From: a virus
Taxonomy: Duplodnaviria > Caudoviricetes
Virus record (IMG/VR): IMGVR_UViG_3300027653_000023
Span: 1-42,599 of that record
DNA length: 42,599 nucleotides
Strand: one strand, 5' to 3'
Both the position numbers and the translations under genes were made by a program. Positions 35,062 to 42,599 of this stretch are shown one piece after another. Positions within the stretch are counted from its first letter, which is position 1, and each line of letters starts with the position of its first letter. The notes under the pieces are model-generated. The model saw nothing but the letters and a program-made list of their open reading frames with translations. It ran no database searches and had not been told where the DNA came from.

Positions 35062-35268
35062 TTAGTCGTCTCCGCAGATGGCTTGGAATACGTCAAGAAA
35101 CAGCAGGGCCTCGGCCTTGCTTTGCTCGGTGTCATGGATCGACCATGTTGGCAGGACGGGCCGGAGGGAGTCGCAGACGGCCCCGTCAGTCGTCGCGTAA
35201 CCGCCCGTGGCCCCGCAACCGGCCATCAACAGGGCGGCTATCAGCAGCAGAGGCGCGCGCAGCTTCAT
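35062..35268 (-). CDS. Outer-membrane spanin (Rz1-like lipoprotein)
   Basis: MKLRAPLLLIAALLMAGC lipobox; overlaps the i-spanin 3' end; two further Cys. Confidence 0.75.
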   Translation of the reverse strand: MKLRAPLLLIAALLMAGCGATGGYATTDGAVCDSLRPVLPTWSIHDTEQSKAEALLFLDVFQAICGDD

Positions 35269-35428
35269 CGGCCCGTCTCCTTGTCTCAAGTGCATCTTTG
35301 GCAGCCTCGCGCTCGGCCTCGGCCCGGCCTGCCTCGTGCAGCGCCCGATCGCGCCGCCAGTCGGCAGCCAGCGCACGGAGCAGGGCGATGATGGGGGCAG
35401 CGAGAAAGCCGGTGATGAAAGCGATCAC
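35186..35428 (-). CDS. Inner-membrane spanin (Rz-like)
   Basis: N-terminal TM followed by a charged helical region ending RLRDD; overlapped by the lipoprotein gene. Confidence 0.7.
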   Translation of the reverse strand: MIAFITGFLAAPIIALLRALAADWRRDRALHEAGRAEAEREAAKDALETRRRADEAARASAADSRPVDGRLRGHGRLRDD

Positions 35429-35532
35429 AGCAGCCAGCCAATGGCCACGCCCGCACCGATGCAGGCGAGCACGGCGATCGCCGCCACCACCGCCACCCGC
35501 CGAGTTGCCGCTCGCAGAATGCTCGGGATCAT
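35425..35532 (-). CDS. 35-aa single-TM peptide (holin accessory candidate)
   Basis: MIPSILRAATRRVAVVAAIAVLACIGAGVAIGWLL; 4-nt start/stop overlaps on both sides. Confidence 0.5.
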   Translation of the reverse strand: MIPSILRAATRRVAVVAAIAVLACIGAGVAIGWLL

Positions 35533-35735
35533 CGGAGGTAATTGCGCTTGATGTAGGCCGCGGCGCCGCTCGCCACGGACGACAGGAGCACCGTCAGGGC
35601 CGCAGCCTCCTCCGGCCCGAGATGCAGCCCCCACCGGGCAAGGATCGCCGTAAGGCCGCCCACAAAAAAAGCCGCCAGAGTGGCGGCCCATGCTTTGTGT
35701 GAGGTCTGTCGCGGGGTATTTATCCTCTGCGGCAT
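35529..35735 (-). CDS. Holin (two TM segments)
   Basis: 68 aa with two hydrophobic helices and a basic C-terminus; AGGAG RBS; first gene of the lysis cassette. Confidence 0.7.
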   Translation of the reverse strand: MPQRINTPRQTSHKAWAATLAAFFVGGLTAILARWGLHLGPEEAAALTVLLSSVASGAAAYIKRNYLR

Positions 35736-35736
35736 G

Positions 35737-36069
35737 TCAGTCTCCTATGGTGGGGTTGTCGATCCAGCGGACGCCTTGGCCCCAGACGGTCTCGATGTGC
35801 GGGCTGAGGTCAGGGCGACGACGGCGGATTTGGCAGATCATCACGTCGATCAGTTTGAGGTCGGATGGCGCGGCCATATCCTTGGCCAGCGCATCAACCA
35901 GAAAAGGCTTCGATAGGATTCTCCCGCGCGCGGCCTGCAAAATTAAGACCAAGCGGCTTTGCGAGGGCGTCAGCCCCTTGATCGGTTGCGGCGCTCGGAT
36001 CGCGTCGAGAAACTCCGCGACCAGGAACTCCTCGTCGTCGGAGAGCCCAAACAGCAGCTCGTCCAGCAT
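35737..36069 (-). CDS. Stand-alone OmpR/CtrA-type winged-helix DNA-binding protein
   Basis: GLTPSQSRLVLIL...GRILSK...LKLIDVMICQIRRR...HIETVWGQG resembles the CtrA C-terminal KIIDVFICKLRKK...IETVWGRG. Confidence 0.8.
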   Translation of the reverse strand: MLDELLFGLSDDEEFLVAEFLDAIRAPQPIKGLTPSQSRLVLILQAARGRILSKPFLVDALAKDMAAPSDLKLIDVMICQIRRRRPDLSPHIETVWGQGVRWIDNPTIGD

Positions 36070-36283
36070 CGGATATCCCCCATACTGCCAAGAGTTTGCC
36101 GGGGCGCCGCTGGATCAGCCCGGCCTCGGCCAGCTCGCGGAACACCTCGATCTGGAAGCGCCGGACAACCGCGCTGCTCTTGGCGACGGCCACCGCGCCC
36201 GGACAGTCCGGGTGGCCGATCAGGACCGCGCGCGGCTCAGCCAGCCGGCGGAGCGCGATGGACGCGCCTTTTGAGAGGGTCAT
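35894..36283 (-). CDS. Hypothetical protein with winged-helix-like N-terminal part; 3' end overlaps the next gene
   Basis: ATGA-coupled start MTLSKGASIALRRL...VFRELAEAGLIQ...WGISDAGRAA. The long overlap makes the end uncertain. Confidence 0.45.
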   Translation of the reverse strand: MTLSKGASIALRRLAEPRAVLIGHPDCPGAVAVAKSSAVVRRFQIEVFRELAEAGLIQRRPGKLLAVWGISDAGRAAVWALRRRGVPGRGVSRRDPSAATDQGADALAKPLGLNFAGRARENPIEAFSG

Positions 36284-36606
36284 TCGTCGAGCGAGAACAC
36301 GATCTGCATGCCGGGCGGCACGAACACAGGCTCGCGCGCATGAGCAAAGATGCGCTTGCCCGGATAGTCCGGCACCCGCCCGCCGATCTGGATCACGTGA
36401 TAGCGCACCGTCACATGCGGGTCGCACCACGCAATGGGATAATCGGGGAGCGGCGGCACCGCCGACAGATCATCGCTCTCGAGATCGATCGAGAGATAGC
36501 TATGCTCAGGCTCGCCCAGCACGGGCAGATTGAGTAGGTGGCCATCCTGCCAGACCGTGCCCGGCCCGGCATGCCACCAGATATCGACGCGCATCAGCGC
36601 CTCCAT
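36280..36606 (-). CDS. Hypothetical protein
   Basis: 108 aa, first gene after the internal promoter; the true start may be MRVDIWW, after GGAGG. Confidence 0.6.
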   Translation of the reverse strand: MEALMRVDIWWHAGPGTVWQDGHLLNLPVLGEPEHSYLSIDLESDDLSAVPPLPDYPIAWCDPHVTVRYHVIQIGGRVPDYPGKRIFAHAREPVFVPPGMQIVFSLDE

Positions 36607-36612
36607 TTGTGT

Positions 36613-36658
36613 ATCATGGGAATGGGTTTGGTGAGTGACAAGCGCGGTTGCGTGTCAC
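36613..36658 (-). promoter_or_regulatory. Internal promoter with overlapping inverted repeat, upstream of the regulator/lysis genes
   Basis: TTGTCA-N17-CATGAT on the minus strand; GTGACA-N12-TGTCAC palindrome at 36635-36658. Confidence 0.5.
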
Positions 36659-36693
36659 AGGTGAGCGGCTACGGGCGGTCAGATTGCCGTTGG

Positions 36694-38874
36694 CTAGTCG
36701 TCTCTGGTGATTAGCAGCCTGTCAGCGAGGATCACATCGCCCCCGCTAGTGCTGCCAACGTTTGTCCGATTCAGGAACATCAGCCAGCGGTCCGATTCGC
36801 CGTCATGCGCCCACGAATAATCAATGTCCTGGACATAAGGGGAGCCAGGCTCATTAGGCTGGATCACAATCGGAGGCGTCACGTACATACTTTCCACCCG
36901 GCTCAATTCGGTCGTCGCTACAACATGCCCCACCCTGCCGGTCGTCCAATTGCGAACAGTGCCATCGTGACCCATCCCAACTATCATCTTGGTCCGGACG
37001 CGGTACGTTCCTGCTGGCCAGGTGGACGCTGGGATATAGAGCGTCGGATAGCTTGCGGACTTGTCGACGCACAGGCCACCAGCCGGCACATCGAGATCGC
37101 CCCAGACCGTATCGGCTACCGTCAGGGAGCCATTGAGCACGACGAGATCGGCATAAAACTCCGGGTTGTCGACGTCGAAATCTGCGTCAAGAGCCGCGTC
37201 GATTATGACATTCCCGGCGGGCACCGGTTTGTAGAGACTCGATAGCGACCACGGCCCCGGCCCGTATGAGTTGACCGCTCGTGTCTGGATATAGCGCTCC
37301 ACATCGGGATCCTCAGCCAGAATATACGGGCTCGAAATGTCCTGGATGGTGGCCCAACTGACCTCATCCACAGAGTGCCGCAGGTCGTAGCGCGTGATCG
37401 GCGCATTCCCCGGCTTTGTCGGGGGGACGAATGTCACCTCGATCTCGCCCTCAGGGTTACTGGCCACGGACGGTGCTGCCATCGCCCCCGGCTCATCCGT
37501 CAGCAATTCAATCAACTCGAAGGTGCCGCTCTGGATCGTGGCGACGTCCGTATCGGCCCGATAGCCCGTGAACTCGCAGGCCAGCACGCCGTTTGCATCA
37601 GTGAACGTCAGCACACCATATTGATAGTTTGACGAGACGACTTTCCCGCCGCTGTAAGGTCCGCCTTTTTGGCTGTTTCCGTTGCCGAGAGGCGCTGCAT
37701 GACAGACGCGGATGCCCCCGGGCGCATTACTGCCATCGTCATAGGCGAGCATGTGGGCATCCCCGGAAATCATGACGACCCTATCGGAAACATTGCCGGG
37801 ACCAGTGACACCGGTGAAATAATCCACAAGCTCGGCGCGCTCGGCCGCATACCCGGCCCAGTAATCCTCTCCCTCGCTCGCCGCCCCGATCCACGGCATT
37901 GTGTTGGCCCAGATCATGGCGCGGTCCTGATTGGCGGCGAGCCAGTCAAACTGGGTTTTCAGCCACGCAACCTGCTCAGGGCCGAGCATTGATTTAGTGC
38001 CGTCATCGGGCTTGGTTTTTATGTGGCGTGCCGATCGCCCATCACAGACCACCAGACGGACCCGGCCAATATCGACGTGATAGTAGATTGGGGAATCTGC
38101 ACCCTCACTGGCCAGATCCGGGTGCGGGACCAAATCCCGATACCCGTCAAGACGAGATTGGCGGTATGCGACCGGCGTGCCATCCGCTTCGAATCCGTAG
38201 CTGTCATTTGCTCCGAAATCGTGATCGTCCCACATGTAATAGGTGGGGATCTGCCGGTGCATTTTGCTTCGGACAGGGTCTCCAAACGCTGCTGTTATCT
38301 CGTTAATCCACCGTGAGGCGTCTGCCCCGGTGTAGTCAGGATACAGCCAATCCCCGAGATGGATAAACGCGATCGGATCCCGCGCCTGCATCCGCGCATA
38401 GGTCTGGGTGTCGTAGGCAATCCGAGAGCAGGAGCCGAATGTCAGGACAAAGCTCTTTGGCTCGCCTGCCATTGGCAGGGTCGAAAACCGGCCCCGCTTT
38501 TTGAGATAAACCGTGTCCTCCACGCGCACGGCGCAGTGATATTGCGCATCCGCATCAAGCCCGTCCGCGCTGAGCTTGATCAGCCTATCGGTTACCTCTG
38601 CCTCCGGGCCGAAAACCACATCAGCCGAGAAATCCTCGTGCGGCGAGACCGCGAGGCGCGCCATGGTGCCGTCCGGCACGGCCAGCTTTGTCGAGACGAC
38701 AATGCCATCCTCGCTCTGCGCGCCGGTCCAGATGAAATCAACAATCGTGTCGTCCGTGTCGTCATAGACGACACCGCCGACCCACTCGCCAAGATGGCGC
38801 ACCCTGACCGGCGGGCCGCCGACCGTCGAAACGCCATCGAGCCACGCGCCGCCCTGCCTGCGAAACAACATCAC
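36694..38874 (-). CDS. PhoD-like metallophosphatase plus Fn3 and C-terminal beta domain, in the tail fibre module
   Basis: GRFSTLP, FGSC, FIHLGDWLYPD, WDDHDFGAND, DGRSAR, SMLGPEQVAWL, WAGYAAERAEL, ISGDAH; Fn3 APITRYDLRHS...RAVNSYGPGPWS; no signal peptide. Confidence 0.85.
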   Translation of the reverse strand: MMLFRRQGGAWLDGVSTVGGPPVRVRHLGEWVGGVVYDDTDDTIVDFIWTGAQSEDGIVVSTKLAVPDGTMARLAVSPHEDFSADVVFGPEAEVTDRLIKLSADGLDADAQYHCAVRVEDTVYLKKRGRFSTLPMAGEPKSFVLTFGSCSRIAYDTQTYARMQARDPIAFIHLGDWLYPDYTGADASRWINEITAAFGDPVRSKMHRQIPTYYMWDDHDFGANDSYGFEADGTPVAYRQSRLDGYRDLVPHPDLASEGADSPIYYHVDIGRVRLVVCDGRSARHIKTKPDDGTKSMLGPEQVAWLKTQFDWLAANQDRAMIWANTMPWIGAASEGEDYWAGYAAERAELVDYFTGVTGPGNVSDRVVMISGDAHMLAYDDGSNAPGGIRVCHAAPLGNGNSQKGGPYSGGKVVSSNYQYGVLTFTDANGVLACEFTGYRADTDVATIQSGTFELIELLTDEPGAMAAPSVASNPEGEIEVTFVPPTKPGNAPITRYDLRHSVDEVSWATIQDISSPYILAEDPDVERYIQTRAVNSYGPGPWSLSSLYKPVPAGNVIIDAALDADFDVDNPEFYADLVVLNGSLTVADTVWGDLDVPAGGLCVDKSASYPTLYIPASTWPAGTYRVRTKMIVGMGHDGTVRNWTTGRVGHVVATTELSRVESMYVTPPIVIQPNEPGSPYVQDIDYSWAHDGESDRWLMFLNRTNVGSTSGGDVILADRLLITRDD

Positions 38875-39791
38875 GCGCCCCCCGCCGTATCGTGCCAGAG
38901 GTCATGATCCTCCGCATTGGCTGGCTCGACCGAGCCGATCCAGTAGACCGCCGTTGCGCCGGGCGGGCGGGCGGTTGCTGCGCTCGTGCCGTGGTTGACG
39001 ACCGCCAGCAGTCCTGCTCGCTGGGCTGTCGAGATCGGCTTGTCGGCGTCTGCGGTATTGTCGACGCTGCCGAGCCCGACCTGCGCAGCCGTGACTCCGT
39101 GCGGGTTGTCGGTGTCGCTGACATGGGATGCCGGGGCAAAGTCGAGTTCCGGCGTGTTGGATAGGTCGCCGTAATCGCCGCTGGTTGCCACGGTTGCGAG
39201 GTCGCCGGGCTGCACGGCGCTGTCCGCGAGCTCGCCCTGCGCGGCTGTCGCGAAATCGCCTGTTGCCGCGCTGGCGGCGCTTCCCGCATCGGTAATCTGC
39301 GCCAGCGTGTGGGTGTGCTCCGACGCCGCCTTGCCGTCGAGCGCGCCTTGCAGTCCGGCCACTGTCGCAATCGCCTGAGTGCCGGTGTGATTGGAACGCG
39401 CAAAAGCATCCGCGCCGATCCCGGTCGGATCGTAGATCGCGGCGTCCATATCCCCGCCACCACCACCACCGCCGCCGGATGCGGAAATCCTGATCGTCTC
39501 GCCGTCCGGGGTCAGAGTGACGTTCGCGCCGGCGGTCAGCGTATTGCTGATGACGGCGCGAGACTCGGTAGCGAAATCCGTCACGTCCAATGCGGTGTGC
39601 TGGTGGCTGGCGGCGGCGAAATCTCCAGCGTCGGATTGCGCCGCCGTGCCCACCTCGTCATGCCAGACGGCGCTCTCGGCAAGGTCGGTCTCCACCGCCC
39701 GATGCACCTCCGGCGTGATCGCGCCCTCCTCGTTGTCGCGAATGCGGCTCTGGAGGTCAGAAAGAAACTTGCTGCGGGAAACTTTTGCCAT
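38871..39791 (-). CDS. Tail fibre / appendage protein
   Basis: Repeats ARSNHTGTQ, GLQGALDGKAASEHTH and NPHGVTAAQVGLGSVDNTADADKPISTAQ; C-terminal YWIGSVEPANAEDHDLW. Confidence 0.75.
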   Translation of the reverse strand: MAKVSRSKFLSDLQSRIRDNEEGAITPEVHRAVETDLAESAVWHDEVGTAAQSDAGDFAAASHQHTALDVTDFATESRAVISNTLTAGANVTLTPDGETIRISASGGGGGGGGDMDAAIYDPTGIGADAFARSNHTGTQAIATVAGLQGALDGKAASEHTHTLAQITDAGSAASAATGDFATAAQGELADSAVQPGDLATVATSGDYGDLSNTPELDFAPASHVSDTDNPHGVTAAQVGLGSVDNTADADKPISTAQRAGLLAVVNHGTSAATARPPGATAVYWIGSVEPANAEDHDLWHDTAGGA

Positions 39792-39801
39792 TGCGGGCCT
39801 C

Positions 39802-40197
39802 CTAGCGTTCGCGGATGCGGATCAGCGCGGTGCGCTCGTCAGCGCGCGCTGGAATGTTGTCGGTTGTGATGCGGCAGGTGATGCGGGCCGTGGTCAGGTT
39901 CTGCCCGCCCGAGGTCCAGACGGTCACGACGCCGCCCAAAGATGCGCCCGTGTCAGTCTCGATATTGTCTGCGATGATTTCGTGGCTGGCGATGCTCTCG
40001 CCCGCAGCCAGCCAGCCGCTCCAGTCAAACCCGTAATCAAGGATTGCGTCCGGGTCTTTCGGCTGGAATTTATTGATGCACGACGCCTCGTCGCCATGCG
40101 TGACGACGTAGATGCGCGATGGCGGCGTAGCGGTGATGACGCCAGACGGGCCGGAGCCGTAGGCACCAGAATAGCCGCTAGAATATGCTCCCGGCAT
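39802..40197 (-). CDS. Fibre adaptor-like virion protein
   Basis: KDPDAILDYGFDWSGWLAAGESI...VTVWTSGG...ITCRITT motif; GGAGG RBS. Confidence 0.7.
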   Translation of the reverse strand: MPGAYSSGYSGAYGSGPSGVITATPPSRIYVVTHGDEASCINKFQPKDPDAILDYGFDWSGWLAAGESIASHEIIADNIETDTGASLGGVVTVWTSGGQNLTTARITCRITTDNIPARADERTALIRIRER

Positions 40198-40250
40198 ACT
40201 CCCTCCACGTCAGTTTGTTGTTTTGGATTGTGCGCCGTGGCGCGAGAGGG

Positions 40251-40691
40251 TCAGGCGGTCAGGGCCTGGTCCCAGAGGGCGTCAACCGCCTCGTCAGTCA
40301 GTTCGAGCGCGCTCGCTACCTGCGCCATCAGCGGGTGCAGACGCTCATAGTGCGAGGCATACTCCCATTCGACTCGCGCCTCGTCTCTTGCTGCCTCGTC
40401 AGGGATGGCCTCGATTGCCGCCTCGACCGTGGCCAGCGAGATACCAGCGCGGATCAGCGTCAGGCGTAGCTGACGGGCGGTGATGGGCGGGAGGGCCGCG
40501 CGGCGCTCTTCGGGTGTGGGTTCGGGCGGCGGGTTGTGCTGCCATTCCGCGCCATCCCATTCGTAATCAGCGCCCGGTTTCAGCGGCACCTCTACGGTGC
40601 CTTCAGGATAGCCCGCGACAGTCTCCGGCGAGGGTGTGCCAATCGTCTGCCAGTAGCCGCGCGAGGGGTGGAAGAAGCCGTGCTCATACAT
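40251..40691 (-). CDS. Tail fibre assembly-like protein
   Basis: GFFHPSRGYWQT...YPEGTVEVPLKPG...ITARQLRLTL...VEWEYA...VDALW; follows the fibre gene. Confidence 0.7.
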   Translation of the reverse strand: MYEHGFFHPSRGYWQTIGTPSPETVAGYPEGTVEVPLKPGADYEWDGAEWQHNPPPEPTPEERRAALPPITARQLRLTLIRAGISLATVEAAIEAIPDEAARDEARVEWEYASHYERLHPLMAQVASALELTDEAVDALWDQALTA

Positions 40692-41730
40692 GACGCACCT
40701 CGGTAATGAAGGTTTTGCTCATGCTCCCTGTGAATTTATAGTGCCAGTCGGCAGGAATGATGGCAGAGCCAGTCTTGCCGATGTGTGTATTGGAGCCTCC
40801 CAAGTTTATTACCGGAAGCCAGTTCTCCCCATCATCGGATATCTCTAGAACGGTGTTGGCGCCGCTTGCGTTGTCAAAGCGGAAACCAAGGAAGATTGGG
40901 TGATTGGTCGCGTTGTGATATGCGGTTCCAAGACTGCGCGCAGCGGTCACATCGACAAGTTCATACCCTTCGCCAAACGCCCCCAGTGCCTCCACTGCCT
41001 TGCGCACCTGCGCCGGCGTTGGCGCGGCGCGCGTGGTGTTGGTCCCAGCTTCCCATACCGCATCGCTATGGCTCGGCAGGCGAGCGGCATTGACAGTGCC
41101 TGCATTCAGGTTGCTTGCATTGCGGTAGTAGGCCTTGTCGCTGCCATCCAAAGTGCTGGCGTTGATGCCGAGCCCATCCACGAAAGCCTTGTCGATGCCG
41201 AGGCTTGAGCGCGCCGCTGCTGCGCTCGCTGCGCCAGTGCCACCCCTTGCCAGCGGCAAGGTGCCCGCATTGATGTTGTTCGCGTTCCGGTAATAGGCAG
41301 GCAACTGCCCGCCCAACTTCGCCGCGTTCTCGACGGTCAGGCCGCCGCTCTCTCCGAGGTCGGCCTGCCGCACATAGCGTGAGTCCGAGAATGCCCGCGT
41401 TGTCACCTCGTCATTGGCCGATGGATTGGCCGCCTTGACTTGCCCGGTGCCCGTCCGCTTGACGATGCTGTTGTTGCTGACGGCGGTGTTCGGCTCCGCG
41501 CCCTGCAGCTGCTTGACGTTGACGTTGTATTCGGTCTCCAGCGCGCCCCATGTGCCGCCGGAATATACCTCCCACCGCTTCTGCGACTGCGACCAGCGGA
41601 TTGCGCCCTCGGGCACGTTGCTGTGCGAGCCGACCGACAGCCATTGCGCGAGCGCTGTCTTGATCTCGTTCAGCCGCGCCAGTCGGGCGAGATAGCCATC
41701 GGTCGAGAGAAAGTCCTTGAAGTCTGCCAT
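40684..41730 (-). CDS. Tail fibre protein
   Basis: Repeats LGGQLPAYYRNANNINAGTL and DKAYYRNASNLNAGT, GGTGA...AARSSLG; C-terminal RSLGTAYHNATNHPI...SAIIP head domain. Confidence 0.85.
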   Translation of the reverse strand: MADFKDFLSTDGYLARLARLNEIKTALAQWLSVGSHSNVPEGAIRWSQSQKRWEVYSGGTWGALETEYNVNVKQLQGAEPNTAVSNNSIVKRTGTGQVKAANPSANDEVTTRAFSDSRYVRQADLGESGGLTVENAAKLGGQLPAYYRNANNINAGTLPLARGGTGAASAAAARSSLGIDKAFVDGLGINASTLDGSDKAYYRNASNLNAGTVNAARLPSHSDAVWEAGTNTTRAAPTPAQVRKAVEALGAFGEGYELVDVTAARSLGTAYHNATNHPIFLGFRFDNASGANTVLEISDDGENWLPVINLGGSNTHIGKTGSAIIPADWHYKFTGSMSKTFITEVRHV

Positions 41731-42599
41731 CTAGCTCCCCGTAATCGTGTAACTGACAAGAGCGTTGATCGGGTTGCCGTCCAGATCCCACGCGTAGAGA
41801 TTGAAGCTGTCGGGCTCGTCATCCCAATCGACGCCGGCATAGCCGCGCTGCCCGTCAGCGATCGAAACCACGATGCTTGAGATGTCGATGAACGGCTCAT
41901 CCGGCGTCACCGCTGTCGGGTTCGCCGTCACCTGCGCGGCCCCGCTCTCGGTGATCACCTCGATCGCAACCACGGTCATCAGCTCGTCAATCTTGACCAG
42001 CCCGGTATCGTCGCCGGACGCCACGTCCACGGTCACGCGGATGAAGCGGAAATTTGTCGTATAGGCCTCGTCCGCCTGCAGGTCAGTCCACGGGTCTGAC
42101 GCGCTCTCGCGCACCTCGATATTGGTCGAGACTGTCGGGCTGCCGGCGATCACTGAATAGATCGGTTCGGCCGTCACCTTGCTGCCCGGCACGACAACGC
42201 CGCAATCGTATTCCAGCACGATCTCCCCGCTCGGCAGGGTTGGCTGCGCGTAGATCGGATAGCCCGCGTCGATCTGATCCTGTTCGCTGGCCCAGCCGCG
42301 CGAGGCGAAATGCTCCCCGTATTCCTCGCTGGTATCCACCGGCAGCACCACACCGCCCGCTTCGAGCATCGCGTTCTCGTGCGTGACCACCGCCTGCACG
42401 ATGCCGTCAGGCGTCTCGGTCGTCGTCCAGTCCACCTCGAACGGCGTTCGGAACGAGCTGAACAGGCGATATCCGCCCGGATCGGTCAGCGTGTTTTCGC
42501 GCGAGGATGCCGCGCTCTCATTGCCCGCCGTGTCGACCGCCGTCACCCAATAGCGATAGGTGCCGCCCTGTGATTCAAACAGCGCGAAGAAGGTGGTCG
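41731..42599 (-). CDS. Tail tip protein J, 3' part (continuation of 1..3548)
   Basis: YRYWVTAVDTAGNES Fn3 strand; same frame as the 3548 start across the 127-bp overlap. Confidence 0.85.
   Translation of the reverse strand, partial: TTFFALFESQGGTYRYWVTAVDTAGNESAASSRENTLTDPGGYRLFSSFRTPFEVDWTTTETPDGIVQAVVTHENAMLEAGGVVLPVDTSEEYGEHFASRGWASEQDQIDAGYPIYAQPTLPSGEIVLEYDCGVVVPGSKVTAEPIYSVIAGSPTVSTNIEVRESASDPWTDLQADEAYTTNFRFIRVTVDVASGDDTGLVKIDELMTVVAIEVITESGAAQVTANPTAVTPDEPFIDISSIVVSIADGQRGYAGVDWDDEPDSFNLYAWDLDGNPINALVSYTITGS
42473..42599. repeat. Terminal direct repeat, right copy
   Basis: Identical to 1-127. Confidence 0.95.

Noticed and set aside
36694-41730. Diversity-generating retroelement or invertible fibre cassette
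   Set aside because: No reverse transcriptase, invertase or template/variable repeat pair was visible by eye.
1-42599. tRNA or rRNA genes, integrase, DNA polymerase
   Set aside because: None were recognised by eye; tRNAscan-SE and six-frame HMM scans are needed to confirm absence.

Overview
The window is an apparently complete, circularised genome of an HK97/lambda-like long-tailed dsDNA phage (siphovirus). Bases 1-127 are repeated exactly at 42473-42599, giving a unit length of 42,472 bp. High GC and several alphaproteobacterial-type genes (CtrA-like winged helix, DUF6456-like regulator, VPLPA-CTERM-like protein) point to an alphaproteobacterial, probably Rhodobacteraceae-like, host; this is inferred. 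The minus strand carries cro and the replication block (RuvC-like, Sak4-like ATPase, SSB, Cas4-like nuclease, primase-helicase, candidate origin). It continues with thyX containing a 160-aa mini-intein, a late regulator with a pR'/tR'-like promoter-terminator, HNH, cos, terminase, head and tail genes. The tail genes include a lambda-type GGGAAAG frameshift and a tip protein J that wraps the contig ends, followed by fibres, a PhoD-domain protein and a lysis cassette. The plus strand carries an internally deleted cI and a PL accessory operon. I found no integrase, but an attP-like remnant is present, so this looks like a temperate phage that became lytic. The most unusual items are the tail-module PhoD/Fn3 protein, a phage-encoded VPLPA-CTERM-like surface protein, the ThyX active-site mini-intein, a fibre gene inside the head operon, and several structured non-coding elements. 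All family assignments come from motif recognition by eye; no database search was run.
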